Shown here in pieces: positions 62,503-64,000 of a stretch of 64,000 nucleotides of DNA. Within the stretch, counting starts at the first letter, position 1, and each line of letters begins with the position of its first letter. The notes below the pieces were generated by a model. It made no database searches, was not told the origin of the DNA, and saw only the letters and a program-made list of their open reading frames with translations. Location: the NCBI RefSeq assembly GCF_902713615.1, contig NC_052152.1:46165810-46229809 (forward strand). Direction: 5' to 3'. Source of the stretch: Scyliorhinus canicula. Taxonomy: Eukaryota. A program made the position numbers and the translations under genes.

Positions 62503-62645
62503 CTTCCTCAGTGACGGATCTCGGTCCATTGATCAATACGTCACGCAACGGTCAGAAATAGAATGTTGAGAGGATCTCCAGGGAGACGGCTGCGTCACCG
62601 GCGTCACGTGTTAGGCTGTCAAACCCCGTATGCAATGGCGGCCTG
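62497..62645 (-). promoter_or_regulatory. CpG-rich TAF13 promoter
   Basis: YY1-like GGCCATCTT over the ATG, several CGTCA CRE half-sites, and a CACGTG E-box at ~62605. Confidence 0.6.
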
Positions 62646-62733
62646 GACTCTTGATGGCTGTTTGCCACAGGATAATTTAGCTTCCTTCTTGAAAATAGTA
62701 AGAAGTCTTACAACACCAGGCTTCTTGAAAATA

Positions 62734-64000
62734 AGTACAGTCGTCACATTGCTGAAGTCAGGTTGGGCCCTGGAGATCTTTTTCCTCCCAAATCTGTAGG
62801 AGGTGTACATGGGAGTCCTGATATGAGCATAAGCCCACCAATTTTGAAAACCTCAGCTGGAATAATATTGGGGCCAAAGGCTTTGTTGTTTTTCATCCAT
62901 TTGATTTCTTGTTGCAAATCTCCCATTTCTGGTTGTTCACCCATGGATTCTACCACAGGATACTTTTTTTAAAAATTCATTCAGAGGCTGTGGGTATGGC
63001 ATTAATTGTAATAATAATAATCTTTATTGTCACAAGTACGTTTATATTAACACTAATTAGGAAAATCCCCTCGTCGTCGCACTCTGGCACCTGTTCGGGT
63101 ACACACAAAGAGAATTCAGAATGTCCAATTCACCTAACGAGCACATCTTTTGGGACTCGTGGGAGGAAACTGGAGCACCCAGAGGAAACCCATGCAGACA
63201 CGGAGAACGTGCAGACTCTGTACAGACAGTGACCCAAGCCAGAATCGAACCAGGACCCTGGTGCTGTGAAGCAACTGTGCTACCATGCCGCCCATCCCTT
63301 ATTGCCCTTGAGAAAGTGGTGATGAGTTGCCTTCTTGAACAGGTGCTGTCCATGTGGTTTAGGTACACCCACGGTGCTGTTAAGGGGGGGAATAGCCTTG
63401 AAAAAAATAAGCTGCCACTGGATTGCCAGCTGCAGAGTTGTTGAAAATGTTCTTCCAGCATTGACGGATGGCATTGACATCCTAAAGAAGAGAAACACCA
63501 TCCTGTGAGTGAAGGGGATTTTGTCCACTTGACCATGGTCTATTGATGGCCCTGGTGCCTTCAGAAAAGCTTTGAATGTCATGACGGTCAACATATTGTT
63601 GGATCTCTCAGGCTTTCTCTTTCCATCACATGTCCTTTATCTTTGGATTTCTCTCCAGGTGTCAGCCTTGAGCTGTTGAAATGCCTCATTCTTGATCTGT
63701 GACCTTGGGTTGTTCTACCAGGCAGTGAAGGCTGCTCATTTTTGTTCCTGGAGGTCACATATTTTAGCATCATTTTCATTGAACCAATCTCATTGATGCT
63801 CAAATCCAATGGTCTGGACACAGTAGCCTCATACAGCTGACTTTATTTGATCCTACTGGCTTCGAATTGAGTTGGATGTATAAAGATTTTCCAGATTGGT
63901 TGTGAATTGGACTTTGAAATCTTCTCTTAAGTTGGGCTGATTTAGAGCTGGCACATTGATGTTCTTCCTCTGGATCATTGTCCTTGCAATGTCTTGGTAA
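62734..64000 (-). mobile_element. Decayed RTE-like LINE fragment with nested SINE/CR1 pieces
   Basis: MKNNKAFGPNIIPAEVFKIGG...LIFKK remnant; boundaries approximate. Confidence 0.5.

Overview
Eukaryotic, repeat-rich vertebrate DNA, most likely from a shark or other cartilaginous fish (inferred from HE1/V-SINE-like SINEs, CR1 and Penelope-type repeats). There are two host genes, arranged tail to tail. POPDC2 (+) has coding exons 24149-24642, 27762-27870 and 36171-36599, plus an alternative last exon 42818-42891 that the ORF track misses. TAF13 (-) has four exons from 62502 to 53443 (124 aa). The first ~19 kb is a five-level transposon nest: a GC-rich TIR element hosts a Gmr1-like SCAN-Gag Gypsy element, which hosts an L1 and a CR1. 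The CR1 hosts a complete ~10 kb retrovirus-like provirus (6339-16332, minus strand), which hosts a SINE. The provirus is the most interesting object. It has ~995 bp LTRs, a 4 bp TSD, a tRNA-Arg(TCT) PBS, an in-frame gag-TGA-CGG-pol junction, and a retrovirus-type Pol with two RNase H folds. It has no env; in that position is a 115-aa ORF with signal peptide, single transmembrane segment and polybasic tail, preceded by strong splice acceptors. The rest of the window contains solo LTRs, a hAT MITE, Penelope-type palindromes with minimal hammerhead ribozymes, decayed LINEs, SINEs and a 49-bp minisatellite. All family assignments come from motif recognition by eye; no database searches were run.
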